A stretch of DNA of 59,178 nt, counting the filler. It is 4 parts of 4 records of this genome, joined end to end, with 100 filler letters (N's around TTAATTAATTAA, not from the genome) between each part and the next. Parts side by side here need not be neighbours in the genome. Positions count along the whole stretch, not along the records: positions 39,960 to 53,624 come from SRR20825006_2692; positions 53,725 to 59,178 come from SRR20825006_2694; 2 more parts are not named here. One strand, 5' to 3'. Of the stretch, positions 47,338 through 58,310 are shown piece after piece. Both the position numbers and the translations under genes were made by a program. Below the pieces are notes generated by a model. The model was given only the letters and a program-made list of their open reading frames with translations. It ran no database searches and was not told where the DNA came from. Position 1 is the first letter of the stretch. The number at the start of each line of letters is the position of its first letter.

Positions 47338-50300
47338 ATGAAAATCATTGATTTCTCCATAAAAAGGAAAGTGACCATCTCTATGTTTACGGTCGCTATC
47401 CTACTCTTCGGTATTGTATCTCTAAGTCGCCTTAAAGTAAATCTTTTACCAGATCTTAGTTATCCAACCCTAACAATTCGCACAGAATTTGAAGGCGCTG
47501 CTCCGATAGAAATTGAAAACCTCATCTCTAAGCCTATTGAAGAAGCCGTAGGTGTTGTTAAAGGTGTGAAGCTCGTACGCTCTATTTCGCGTGCAGGTCA
47601 ATCTGATGTTGTGTTAGAGTTCGCATGGGGAACAAGCATGGATATTGCTAACCTTGATGTAATTAGTAAACTAGATGCCATTCAACTCCCTATACAAGCC
47701 AAGAAACCGGTAACCCTCCGCTTCGACCCAACGCTTGATCCAATCATTAGATATGCTTTGTATTTTGATGAAGAAAGTACTGATAGTACTACGAAAAAAA
47801 GCACTAATATTGAGTATGCATCTCTTCAAGATGTAGACAACCTAAAAGCAATTTCCCAACTAAAACAACTTCGTATTATAGCTGAAGAACAGCTTAAAAA
47901 GAACCTTGAGTCGTCTACTGGTGTAGCTTCAGTAAAAATTAGTGGCGGACTTGAAGAAGAAATTCAAGTAAATATAGATCAACAGCGCTTAGCTTATCTA
48001 AACATCCCAATTGAAACAGTAACTCAAATACTTCGCGCTGAGAACGTGAATCTCTCTGGCGGCAGACTTGAAGAGGGAACTCAACAATATTTGGTTCGCA
48101 CATTAAACGAATTTCTAAGTGTAGATCAGATAAGAAACGTAGTTGTTGCCCGACAAAACGAAAACACCATCTACTTGAAAGATGTAGCAACCGTAGAGCA
48201 AGCTTATAAAGAACGCGAAGCCATTACCCGACTTGATGGACAAGAAGCCGTAGAAATCGCTATCTACAAAGAAGGAGACGCCAATACCGTTGCAGTTGCA
48301 GACATGGTAAAAGAGCGCATTGAGAATATTAAAAATATTCTTCCAAGTAGCATAAAGCTTAGCAAGGTATACGATCAATCTATTTTCATTTCTTCGGCAG
48401 TTAACGAGGTTATGATTTCTGGTATCATTGGTGGGATTTTGGCAATCTTTGTGTTGTACTTCTTCTTGCGGAATTTTTGGGCAACACTCATTATTTCAGC
48501 CTCCATCCCCGTTTCTATTATTGCCACGTTCAACTTAATGTATGGCAACGACATCACACTCAATATTATGTCATTGGGTGGAATCGCCCTCGGTATCGGG
48601 ATGTTGGTGGATAACTCCATCGTTGTACTTGAAAATATCGCTCGACACAAAGCGATGGGGAAATCAGCTTTACAAGCAGCTAACGATGGCGCTAGTGAAG
48701 TGGGAACGGCTGTAATTGCTTCAACCCTAACAACCGTAGCGGTATTCTTTCCTTTAGTTTTTGTGGATGGAATTGCTGGTCAACTTTTTAGAGACCAAGC
48801 CCTTACCGTAACTTTTTCATTAATTGCTTCATTGGTAGTTGCTATTACATTAATCCCAATGATGTCGTCTTTGGGTGAACGTAAAAAACAATACTCGCCT
48901 TTAGAACTGAAAGAGCCAAGAACTGCAATTGGTCGTTTTTTCCGTGTTCTTCGATTGTTCTTCTTTTATACCATTCCTACAGTTATCACAAAAGTTATTC
49001 GCCTCATTCTAAAGGGTATTAGTTTGGTTTTGGAATTTATTTTCTCACTATTTGTATACCTTTTTGACAAAGCTTATCAGGCAACTGAGTCTTTCTACCT
49101 TTCATTTTTAAAAGCGTCTCTCAACAACCGCCCATTTGTTTTACTTATAGCTGTTGCTGCATTTGTAGGTTCTCTATTTCTAGGAAAGCAGATTGGGATT
49201 GAACTCATTCCACAACTTTCTCAAGGAGAATTTAAAGTAGAGTTTAGACTTCCTCCAGGAACTCCCATCGAGCAGACAGACCTTGCTCTTAAGAAAGTAC
49301 AAGATGCCACCAAAGAAGCCACACACGTAAATTCAACTTTTGCAGTAGCCGGTACAGGTAACAGAATGGATGCAAATCCTGATGAAGGCGGAGAAAATTC
49401 TGGAGAACTAAACGTACTCTTAACTTCGGGTTCTTCCAGCCTAGAAGAAGAACAAACTATGGCAAGCATGCGTAGCTCGTTAGCAACAGTTCCTGGATTG
49501 CAATATAAATTCTCTCGTCCAGCTTTATTCTCGTTCTCAACACCTGTTGAAGTAGAAATTAGTGGGTTCGACCTTGACAAATTACAAGAGATTAGTAAAA
49601 AAATAACACAGAAACTAGACGCTAATAACCGCTTTGCTGATGTTAAAAGCACAATGGAAATCGGAAGCCCTGAAATTCAAATTTTGTTTGATCGAGACCG
49701 CGCAGCAGCTCTAGGTTTACAAGTAAGTGAAGTAGCTAACCGAATTGTAAGCAATGTCCGTGGCGATGTTGCCACTCGATACTCTTGGAGAGATCGTAAA
49801 ATTGATGTTCTAGTACGAGCTCAGGAATCTGACCGCTCTTCCATCGATGAAATAAAAAACCTTGTGGTAAATCCTGGTAGCGAACGCTCTATTCCTTTAA
49901 GTGCTATTGCTACAGTTCAAGTGGCTAACGGACCATCTGAAATTCATCGTGTTTCTCAGCAACGTGTTGCAATTATTTCCGCAAACTTAGCCTATGGAGA
50001 TTTGGGTGAAGCAGCTCAAGAAGTTCAACAAATTCTTGACCAAACAACGATGCCAACAGGAATTTTTGCTCGAATTGCGGGGCAAAATCAAGAAATGGCA
50101 GATTCATTTCAATCTTTGATATTTGCGCTTTCGTTGGCCGTTTTCTTGGTGTATTTGGTAATGGCATCTCAGTTTGAATCGCTTCTCCACCCTTTCATCA
50201 TACTATTCACTATTCCACTTGCTTTAATCGGTGCTATTCTCGCCCTTTATATCACAAATACTACGATTAGTGTAGTTGTGTTTATTGGTCTTATTCTTTT

Positions 50301-50622
50301 GGCAGGTATTGTAGTGAATAACGCCATCGTACTTATTGATCTTATAAATCAACTTAGAGAAAAAGGGATGGAAAAAACTGAAGCCATTATGGAAGGTGGG
50401 AAATCACGACTTCGTCCAATTCTAATGACTACACTTACCACAACCTTAGGTTTACTTCCGTTAGCCATTGGCTTTGGTGATGGTGCGGAACTTAGAGCTC
50501 CTATGGGAATTACCGTAATTGGTGGTTTACTTGTTTCAACCCTACTTACTCTTGTAGTGATTCCTGTGATGTATTCCTTAATGGATCGCAAGAATTACGC
50601 TACTGAATCAGAAATCGCTTAA
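47338..50622 (+). CDS. RND efflux permease (AcrB/AcrD/AcrF family)
   Basis: 1094 aa with 12-TM pattern, 'GMLVDNSIVVLENI', 'QFESLLHP' and 'RLRPILMTT'. Confidence 0.95.
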   Translation: MKIIDFSIKRKVTISMFTVAILLFGIVSLSRLKVNLLPDLSYPTLTIRTEFEGAAPIEIENLISKPIEEAVGVVKGVKLVRSISRAGQSDVVLEFAWGTSMDIANLDVISKLDAIQLPIQAKKPVTLRFDPTLDPIIRYALYFDEESTDSTTKKSTNIEYASLQDVDNLKAISQLKQLRIIAEEQLKKNLESSTGVASVKISGGLEEEIQVNIDQQRLAYLNIPIETVTQILRAENVNLSGGRLEEGTQQYLVRTLNEFLSVDQIRNVVVARQNENTIYLKDVATVEQAYKEREAITRLDGQEAVEIAIYKEGDANTVAVADMVKERIENIKNILPSSIKLSKVYDQSIFISSAVNEVMISGIIGGILAIFVLYFFLRNFWATLIISASIPVSIIATFNLMYGNDITLNIMSLGGIALGIGMLVDNSIVVLENIARHKAMGKSALQAANDGASEVGTAVIASTLTTVAVFFPLVFVDGIAGQLFRDQALTVTFSLIASLVVAITLIPMMSSLGERKKQYSPLELKEPRTAIGRFFRVLRLFFFYTIPTVITKVIRLILKGISLVLEFIFSLFVYLFDKAYQATESFYLSFLKASLNNRPFVLLIAVAAFVGSLFLGKQIGIELIPQLSQGEFKVEFRLPPGTPIEQTDLALKKVQDATKEATHVNSTFAVAGTGNRMDANPDEGGENSGELNVLLTSGSSSLEEEQTMASMRSSLATVPGLQYKFSRPALFSFSTPVEVEISGFDLDKLQEISKKITQKLDANNRFADVKSTMEIGSPEIQILFDRDRAAALGLQVSEVANRIVSNVRGDVATRYSWRDRKIDVLVRAQESDRSSIDEIKNLVVNPGSERSIPLSAIATVQVANGPSEIHRVSQQRVAIISANLAYGDLGEAAQEVQQILDQTTMPTGIFARIAGQNQEMADSFQSLIFALSLAVFLVYLVMASQFESLLHPFIILFTIPLALIGAILALYITNTTISVVVFIGLILLAGIVVNNAIVLIDLINQLREKGMEKTEAIMEGGKSRLRPILMTTLTTTLGLLPLAIGFGDGAELRAPMGITVIGGLLVSTLLTLVVIPVMYSLMDRKNYATESEIA

Positions 50623-50633
50623 TCCCAATTCCT

Positions 50634-53624
50634 ATGAGCTTAACCGAACTTTCTGTAAGACGCCCTGTTACTACCATTATGGTATTTTTAAGCCTAGTGG
50701 TAGTTGGCTTAATTGCTACACGTCTTGTGCCGTTAGAATTTTTTCCTGACATAAGCTTCCCCGGAGCCTTTGTCCAAATTCCTTATCCGAACTCAACTCC
50801 TACCGAAGTTGAGGAGCAAGTTGTTCGCCCTATTGAAGAAGTTCTTGCAACCATCAGCGGTGTAGAAAGTATTAACTCTAATGCTGGCGAAAACAATGGT
50901 GGGGTTCAAGTGATATTTAAGCAAGGGAGCGATATCGACTTAAAAGCCATCGAGATTAAGCAGAAAATAGAGAGTGTTAGGAACACGCTACCTGATGATT
51001 TTGAATTCTATCAGATTTTCAAATTTCAAGACGGTGGAGGAAATACGCTTCAACTAAGGCTGTCTAGTAATCGAGATTTGTCGAATGCTTTTGACATGCT
51101 GAACCGTAACCTCAAACAACGCATTGAGCGCATTGATGGGGTTGGACAAGTAACTCTGTATGGTGTTGAAAAGAAAGAGATACGGATTGAATTAATTGCA
51201 GATCGGCTTATAGCGCATAATATTGACATTAATGAGCTAACTCAGAAATTAAATTCTGCGAACTTTTCTATATCCGCCGGTAAAATTACAGAATCTGGTA
51301 TGCGGTATAACGTTCGCCCTATTGGAGAACTAAAGAATGTAGAAGACATCGAGAATTTAATCATCGGGGCAAACAATCTTAAAGTTAAAGATATTGCCGT
51401 TGTTAGTTTTAAAGAACCTATTCTAACTTACGCTCGCCATCTAGATCAAAAATATGCCATTGGTCTCGACATCGTCAAGGAATCATCTGCCAATACAGTC
51501 ACTACGGTAGAACGTGTTCTTGAAGAGATAGAGGAAATAAGCAAACTCCCAGAGATGAAAGGAATTGCCATTTATGAAATGAATAACCAAGCCGATGGTA
51601 TTCTAAGTTCTCTAGAAGAGCTTTTTAAAGCTGGCATAATGGGAGCTGGACTTTCTATTATCGTACTTTTCTTCTTTCTACGCCAAGTTAGTACCACACT
51701 AATTGTTGGCTTAGCCGTCCCCTTTTCTCTAATTGTAACACTCGGTTTTTTCTACTTTTTAGGAATTTCACTCAACATATTGTCTATGATGGGCTTGATG
51801 CTTGCCGTTGGAATGCTGGTTGATAATGCTGTAGTCGTAACAGAGAATATTCATCGGCATCATTATAAAGGTGATAGTTCCAAAAAGTCCGCCATTTTAG
51901 GTGCTAAAGAAGTTGGGCTTGCGGTAACAGCAGGCACGTTAACTTCTGTAGTTGTTTTTCTACCAAACATCGTTAACGAAAGTTTTATAAAACAACACAT
52001 GTATCATATTGGAATGCCGATTATCATTTCATTAATCGCATCTTTGCTTATTTCCTTAACCGTAATCCCTCTTCTAACTTCCAAAATTAAGCCTCCTAAA
52101 AAGCGTGAAAAAAGAACCGTAATCGATAAACTTTCCGACAAGTACTCTAAGTTCTTAGGTTGGTTTATAGATCGGAGATGGGTCTCAACAATCGGCATAC
52201 TCTTATTATTTTTAAGCGTGGGGATTCCAATCTCCTCCATTAATATTGATATGTTCCCTGATCAACAGGAACGCGAACTTAATTTACGTTATAACTTAAA
52301 CGGTTCATTTACATTAGATAGGGTTAAGCAATCCGTAGATAAAGTGGAAGAGTATCTCTATACCAATAAAGACAAGTTCGAAATTGAATCTGTTTACACC
52401 TATTACGAGTCTGAGGTTGCCAACTCAACTATTATTTTGGTTGAAGATGATAAAGCAACGAAATCTGTACAAACTATTAAAAAAGAAATTGAGGAAAACC
52501 TTCCTATTGTAACTATAGGTGAGCCCTCTTTCGATTATAGAAGCCGAAATGGTACCGAGGCTATTCGTGTGTTTGTGCAAGGTGAATCGATGGAAGTTCT
52601 AACTGAATTAGCAGAAAGAGTGGAGTGGAGACTTGGCCAAATTGAGGGTTTTGCTGATGTTAAATCGGAAGCAGAAATAGGAAAAGAAGAAGTTAGATTA
52701 ACGATAGACCACACACGTTCAAGAAATTATGGTCTTACAGCTCGTGATGTCGCAAACTCTGTTTCTAGTGCTATTCGGGGTCAAAATATTCGTAAAATCC
52801 GAGGTCTCGAATCCGAAATTGACGTTACTTTAGCTCTTCAGAACTCCGATCGCCAATCCATTGAAGATCTCAAAAAGCTGCCCGTAAGCATTGGCAATAA
52901 TCAAACTATTGCACTTTCTACATTAGCAGATTTTGAGCAAACTACGGGACCTGGTCGTATTTTTAGAGAAAATCGCAAAACCTCGCTCGGTATAGCCATA
53001 AATTTAGATGGAATAGAAAAGGACGATGCGAGAACACAGATTTCTAAAGTGATGGACCAAATTGCTTATCCTACTGGTTATGCATGGAGTTTTGGCAGAA
53101 GTTTTAACAACGACGATGACGCCATGTCGAGCATGTTATTCAATATCGGAATTGCTTTCTTCCTCATCTATTTAGTGATGGCTGCACTTTTTGAATCTCT
53201 AATTTATCCAACAAGTATTCTGGCTTGTATCTTTTATGGAATTGTGGGCATTTTTTGGTTCTTCTTTATCACTGGCACAACGTTTGATTTAATGGCTATG
53301 ATAGGAATCCTCATTTTGATGGGAATTGTAGTAAATAACGGAATTGTGTTAATAGATCACATTCTTTTTCTACGTAGCGAAGGCTTAACTCGTAGAGAAG
53401 CAGTAATTCAGGGTGGAAAAGATCGAATGCGCCCAATTCTAATGACCGCAGGAACCACAGTGCTTGGATTAATTCCTCTGTGTATTGGAACGACCCAAAT
53501 TGGTGGCGATGGTCCTCCCTATTTCCCAATGGCTCGTGCTATTGTGGGGGGGTTAACATTTTCAACCGTTGTTACTCTTATTGTCCTTCCATCTATCTAC
53601 ATCATTCTAGATGATCTCAAAATT
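50634..53624 (+). CDS. second RND efflux permease (truncated at the extreme C-terminus by contig end)
   Basis: 'RRPVTT', 'GMLVDNAVVVTENI' and 'RMRPILMT'. Runs into the linker after TM12. Confidence 0.93.
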
Positions 53625-53724
53625 NNNNNNNNNNNNNNNNNNNNNNNNNNNNNNNNNNNNNNNNNNNNTTAATTAATTAANNNNNNNNNNNNNNNNNNNN
53701 NNNNNNNNNNNNNNNNNNNNNNNN
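53625..53724. other. artificial contig linker
   Basis: 44 N + TTAATTAATTAA + 44 N. Confidence 0.98.
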
Positions 53725-53725
53725 A

Positions 53726-54061
53726 TCGCACAAGGCGGTGACGGCCTATGAGCTTCTGGATGCACTGACATCCGAAGGTCAGCGCGTGCAGCCGCCGACG
53801 GTCTATCGGGCGTTGGAATTCTTGACCGATCTTGGATTGGTGCACCGGATTGAATCGCTTAATGCTTATTTCGGCTGTGACCGGCCAGATTGTGAACATC
53901 TGGGGCAGTATTTTATCTGTACCCAATGTGGCCGTGTGGCCGAGGCCGTGAATGAAGATATGAGCAATGCGGTTGTAAAGGCCGCAGGTCAGGTCGGATT
54001 TAGCATTCAGGCAACCACGGTTGAAATCAAGGGGCTGTGCCATGACTGCGCCACTCATTGA
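53726..54061 (+). CDS. zur: zinc uptake regulator Zur (Fur family), 5'-truncated
   Basis: 'AYELLD…PPTVYRALEFL…HRIESLNAY', 'CTQCG' and 'GLCHDC'; immediately upstream of znuCB. Confidence 0.9.
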   Translation, partial: SHKAVTAYELLDALTSEGQRVQPPTVYRALEFLTDLGLVHRIESLNAYFGCDRPDCEHLGQYFICTQCGRVAEAVNEDMSNAVVKAAGQVGFSIQATTVEIKGLCHDCATH

Positions 54062-54896
54062 GGGCAGGGGGCTTACCCTTTCATTTGGCAGTGAACGTGT
54101 GCTTGATCAGGTGTCGCTTTCAATCCATGCCGGTGAAATCATCACATTGATTGGCCCCAACGGGGCGGGAAAATCAACCTTGGTCAAAACGCTTTTGGGG
54201 TTGCAGAAACCTGATGCGGGGGATGTTTTGCGTAAATCCGGTCTTCGGATTGGCTATGTTCCGCAAAAACTTGCGATTGATCAGGTTTTGCCAATGACCG
54301 TAAAACGGTTTTTGACCCTGACGCAGCGGGCAAGTCGATCCGAATGTGAAAAGGTTCTGGGGCAGGTTGGGGCGGCACATGTGATTGACGCGCAGATGAG
54401 CAGCCTTTCGGGTGGTGAATCGCAGCGCGTGATGTTGGCGCGGACATTGTTATTGCGGCCGGAATTGCTTGTCCTGGATGAACCGACCCAAGGGGTTGAT
54501 GTGACCGGGCAGGCGGGATTGTATCGTTTGATCGATGACATCCGCCATGAGCATAATTGCGCGGTTCTGATGATATCGCATGATTTGCATCTGGTGATGG
54601 CCAAGACCGATCAGGTGGTGTGTTTTAACCGCCATGTATGTTGTTCAGGCATCCCCGAAACCGTGCGGCAGCACCCGGAATATCGATCGTTATTTGGCGC
54701 GCAAGAAGCCGATGCGATTGGCATCTATACCCACGAACATGATCACGAACATGATCTTTCGGGACATGTGGTTGGGGCGTGCGGCCATGATCATTCACAT
54801 GACCATGATCACGGGCATGCACATCATAAGCACGACCACCTCCCTCATACTCAGAGCGATGCGGCAAATCAGCAAGAGGCAGCACCCCAAAAATGA
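54042..54896 (+). CDS. znuC: zinc ABC transporter ATP-binding protein ZnuC with His-rich tail
   Basis: 'GPNGAGKST', 'YVPQK', 'LSGGE', 'LDEPTQGVD', 'SHDLHLV' and 'NRHVCCSG'. ATG 54042. Confidence 0.93.
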   Translation: MTAPLIEGRGLTLSFGSERVLDQVSLSIHAGEIITLIGPNGAGKSTLVKTLLGLQKPDAGDVLRKSGLRIGYVPQKLAIDQVLPMTVKRFLTLTQRASRSECEKVLGQVGAAHVIDAQMSSLSGGESQRVMLARTLLLRPELLVLDEPTQGVDVTGQAGLYRLIDDIRHEHNCAVLMISHDLHLVMAKTDQVVCFNRHVCCSGIPETVRQHPEYRSLFGAQEADAIGIYTHEHDHEHDLSGHVVGACGHDHSHDHDHGHAHHKHDHLPHTQSDAANQQEAAPQK

Positions 54897-55696
54897 TGGA
54901 TGATTTTCTGTTTCGTGCGGTTGTTGGTGGCGTGTTGCTGGCCTGTATCTGCGGGCCGTTCGGGGCGTTTATCGTTTGGCGTCGCATGGCGTTTTTTGGC
55001 GATATGCTGGCCCATTCGGCGTTGCTTGGCGTGGCGCTTGGTCTTTTGATCGGGGTTGATGTGCGGCTTGGCATGATTGCGACCTGTCTTGCCAGTGCAT
55101 TGATCCTTGCCATTGGGCAACGTCAGGCCCGGTTCGGCAGTGACACGGTCCTTGGCATGCTGGCCCATTCGACATTGGCACTTGGCATGGTGGCCTTGGC
55201 CTTTGTGCAAGGGGTTGCTGTCGATATTATGGCTTATCTGTTTGGCGATATTCTTGCGATTACGATGGGCGATATCTGGCTTTTGGCCGGGGGCGGTATC
55301 TTTGCCATTGGGGTGTTAATCTGGATGTGGCGACCGCTTTTGGCGCTTACCGTCAGTCCGGAAATTGCAGCGGCCGAAAGCATCCCGGTCGAACGGTTAC
55401 GCTTGATCTTTATGTTGTTGATGGCGCTTGTGATTGGCATGGCGATCAAGATTGTCGGGGTTCTTTTGATCACCGCCCTTTTGATCGTGCCAGCCGCCAG
55501 TGCGCGGTTCTTTGCCAGAACACCCGAACAAATGGCGATTGGGGCTGCGCTGTTTGGCGCGGCATCGGTTTTAACCGGTATCAGCCTGTCATGGCATGTC
55601 GATACGCCTGCCGGGCCAAGCATTGTAATTTCGGCAGCGGGGTTGTTTTTGCTGTCCGGGGTTGTGGGGCAGTTCTGGAAACGGATTGCGGTTTAG
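54893..55696 (+). CDS. znuB: zinc ABC transporter permease ZnuB
   Basis: 'VWRRMAFFGDMLAHSALLG', 'YLFGDIL', 'KIVGVLLITALLIVPAA' and 'DTPAGPSIV'. Confidence 0.93.
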   Translation: MMDDFLFRAVVGGVLLACICGPFGAFIVWRRMAFFGDMLAHSALLGVALGLLIGVDVRLGMIATCLASALILAIGQRQARFGSDTVLGMLAHSTLALGMVALAFVQGVAVDIMAYLFGDILAITMGDIWLLAGGGIFAIGVLIWMWRPLLALTVSPEIAAAESIPVERLRLIFMLLMALVIGMAIKIVGVLLITALLIVPAASARFFARTPEQMAIGAALFGAASVLTGISLSWHVDTPAGPSIVISAAGLFLLSGVVGQFWKRIAV

Positions 55697-55731
55697 CGAT
55701 CCTTGGCAATCCGGTGTGCCGGGTCAAAAGG

Positions 55732-58044
55732 TTATTGTTCCAGTTCGGACATCATGGTGTTTGCCAGTCGCAAACGACCGGCAAAGACTTTGCTCAGGTT
55801 CAAAAGTAGAATTGTAGCAACATCCTGATGGGTGTCGCGCAAGGCGGCAAATTCGGTGCGTTCGATTGACAGGCACAGCGCATCGGTCGCCGCAACAATC
55901 GTTGCCGATCGCGGCGCGCCATCAAGGACAGCGAATTCGCCAAACATGGTTCCTTCGCTAAAGGTATTGATGCGTTTTTTGCGGCCGGTGCCCGGTACAT
56001 CAATCAAAACATCCACCCGCCCGGACACCAGGAAATAGGCCCGGTCGCATTCATCATCCTGTGCGAAAATGACGTCGCCCTTTGCAAACCGTTGCCGTTT
56101 TGTCGTGCGACCCAGTGTCGAGATTTGCGCACGCGTCATGCCTTTTAAAAGAAGGCTGTTGGCAAACAGGCTGCGTTTGTTATTGCGCAATTTCCCGCCA
56201 AACCGTTGCAGCAACAGTTCCTCGCAATGGCCAAGGGCGGTGTCGGTATCATCAAAAAAGTTTTCTTTGCCAAGGGCCTGTATGACGCCATTGGCATCAA
56301 GGGTCAGCCATATCCAGCGTGGTCGGGCTTTGCCATGACGGTGACTTGACGCGTGATCAGGATTTCTGGTCTTGGTTTGGAGTGCACCATTCCGGCGTTC
56401 TGGTTCGATATGGCTCACGAAAAGCTGTTTGCCTGCTTTGGCGCATTGCAAGTGCAGGGCGCGCAGGGTTGCGGCACCGGTGCTGTCAATTGATGTGGCG
56501 TGGCGGAAATCAAGGATCAGGTAATCCACACCGTTTTCAAGCAAATGGATGGCTTCTGTGCGCAGATTGGCGCATGAGCCAAAGAACAAGGCACCTTGAA
56601 GTTCAATAATGCCTATGCGGTCGCCTTCTTGTTCCAGCCATTGAATAGATGTGGCATTGCGCAGGATGCGTGAATGAACGCGTGACCCGCGATAGCTGCG
56701 GCGCACGGGGCTTTTGCTCATACCCAGAACAAACAGGACGACAGACACAAGAACCCCGACGCATACGGCAATCGCCAGATCAAAGACAAGGGCGATGCTG
56801 ACAACGAATATCCCGATCAAAACATCGCCAAGGATGACCCGTGGATAGGGCAGGCGCTTTGTTGCGAGTTTCCATGCCTTATCAACGGTGGCACGGTCAA
56901 TGGCCTGAAGGGCAATTGCAATCAGCATACCCGCTGTTGCCCAAAGCGGTAATGCGGCAACCACCGGGGCAAAAACGATCAGGCTTAGCGCGAACAAGAT
57001 TGCTGTTCCGGCATTGGCAGCGCGTGTGCGCGCCCCGGCATCGACAATGGCAAGGGATCGGCTTAACGCGCCAGAACCCGGCAGAAACCCGATGAAGCCC
57101 ATCGCGGCATTGAGCATGCCGTGCAGGCGCAATTCGGCATTCACATTGCTATGATGTCCGACACGGGCATCAATGGCGCGGCTTGAAATGACGGTATCAA
57201 AAGATGTCAGGAGCCCGATGGTCAGCGCACTGGTCAAGGCAATGTCGAGATTGCCGGTCAGGGTGTTGAGAACAGCTGGAAGATCAAAAAGAATTGGTTT
57301 GTGCCAAAGAGATGAAATTTCAATCACCCCGACCAACGGGGCCTTGGCCAAGGGGAAAAATGAAACACCGATATAATAGACCGCCATGCCAACGATCAGC
57401 CCACAGGTTGCAGCGGGCATAAACCGGATGCGTTTGCCCAAGGCAAAATGGCCAAGTACGGTCATGGAGCTGACCACAAGGGCGAAAATCAGGATGTTGC
57501 TGTCGTGGCTTTCGATAAGTCCCGCGATAGAGGGGGCTGTGCTGCCAAGGGCGGTCGGCACTGTGCCAAGTATCACCAGAATGGCGGATGCGTTGACAAA
57601 ACCAGACAGGACCGGGTCTGGCACATAGGAAACCGCATGACCAAAACGCAAAGTTCCAGCGATCATTTGGAAAAGTCCGGCCCCGAAAACGGCAACAAAG
57701 GCAATAACAAGCGCCTCTTGCGGGCTGGACCCACGATGAAGGGCGATATGAATGGCCGATGCAATGATCAGTGCCGTGACAGCACGCGGACCGGAGACCA
57801 AAAAGCGGTTTGGACCGAAAAACCCTGATACAATGCCAAAAAGAATGGCGCAGCCAATGCTGGCCGCAATGCCAAAGGATGCCCATTCCGGTCCCAATGG
57901 ATAAAGCGCAATCAGACCATAGGCAACCGCTTGGGGAAAAGTTGCGAACATCCCGACACAGGCAGGTCCGAAATCAAAACGAAGCGTTCCTAATTTTGCA
58001 AAGACAGTACGTGCCGTCATTTCCCGATCCAGCGGACTGGACAA
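55732..58044 (-). CDS. SulP/SLC26 anion transporter with STAS and C-terminal cyclic-nucleotide-binding domain
   Basis: 'PQAVAYG', 'VSGP', 'GFVNA', STAS 'GALFFGS…LILDF…IDSTG' and cNMP 'FGEFAVLDGAPRSATIVA'. Alternative start ATG 58020. Confidence 0.9.
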   Translation of the reverse strand: MSSPLDREMTARTVFAKLGTLRFDFGPACVGMFATFPQAVAYGLIALYPLGPEWASFGIAASIGCAILFGIVSGFFGPNRFLVSGPRAVTALIIASAIHIALHRGSSPQEALVIAFVAVFGAGLFQMIAGTLRFGHAVSYVPDPVLSGFVNASAILVILGTVPTALGSTAPSIAGLIESHDSNILIFALVVSSMTVLGHFALGKRIRFMPAATCGLIVGMAVYYIGVSFFPLAKAPLVGVIEISSLWHKPILFDLPAVLNTLTGNLDIALTSALTIGLLTSFDTVISSRAIDARVGHHSNVNAELRLHGMLNAAMGFIGFLPGSGALSRSLAIVDAGARTRAANAGTAILFALSLIVFAPVVAALPLWATAGMLIAIALQAIDRATVDKAWKLATKRLPYPRVILGDVLIGIFVVSIALVFDLAIAVCVGVLVSVVLFVLGMSKSPVRRSYRGSRVHSRILRNATSIQWLEQEGDRIGIIELQGALFFGSCANLRTEAIHLLENGVDYLILDFRHATSIDSTGAATLRALHLQCAKAGKQLFVSHIEPERRNGALQTKTRNPDHASSHRHGKARPRWIWLTLDANGVIQALGKENFFDDTDTALGHCEELLLQRFGGKLRNNKRSLFANSLLLKGMTRAQISTLGRTTKRQRFAKGDVIFAQDDECDRAYFLVSGRVDVLIDVPGTGRKKRINTFSEGTMFGEFAVLDGAPRSATIVAATDALCLSIERTEFAALRDTHQDVATILLLNLSKVFAGRLRLANTMMSELEQ

Positions 58045-58251
58045 GAAGCAGGAAAGTTTCCGTTAGCAAAGCCTTGTTTGGCGCTGAAGCCCCGTATAAA
58101 TCGCGTCATTTTTTCCGGTATCATAAGGCGCCATACCCTGATGGCTAATTGGTTCATATTTTCAGACGGTTAATCATATCATCGCGTAATTTAGAATGTG
58201 ATATTTTTATCATATCAGCCATCGGTATTATGGGCTTCTATTTGATAAACG

Positions 58252-58280
58252 AAAACCGGCACAGAAAATCTGCGCCGGTT
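58252..58280 (-). terminator. rho-independent terminator of metC
   Basis: AAAACCGGCACAGA-AAA-TCTGCGCCGGTT hairpin with a short U-run on the minus strand, 30 bp after the metC stop. Confidence 0.55.
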
Positions 58281-58310
58281 GGTTGTTAGATATAAAAACA
58301 TGAAAGCCGG

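Noticed and set aside
53669-54058. ORFs running through N-linkers (also the extended aroC and RND ends in the track)
   Set aside because: Artefacts of translating across the linker.
31277-58044. A single system linking the haloperoxidase, RND pump and SulP transporter
   Set aside because: They lie on three different contigs from different organisms.
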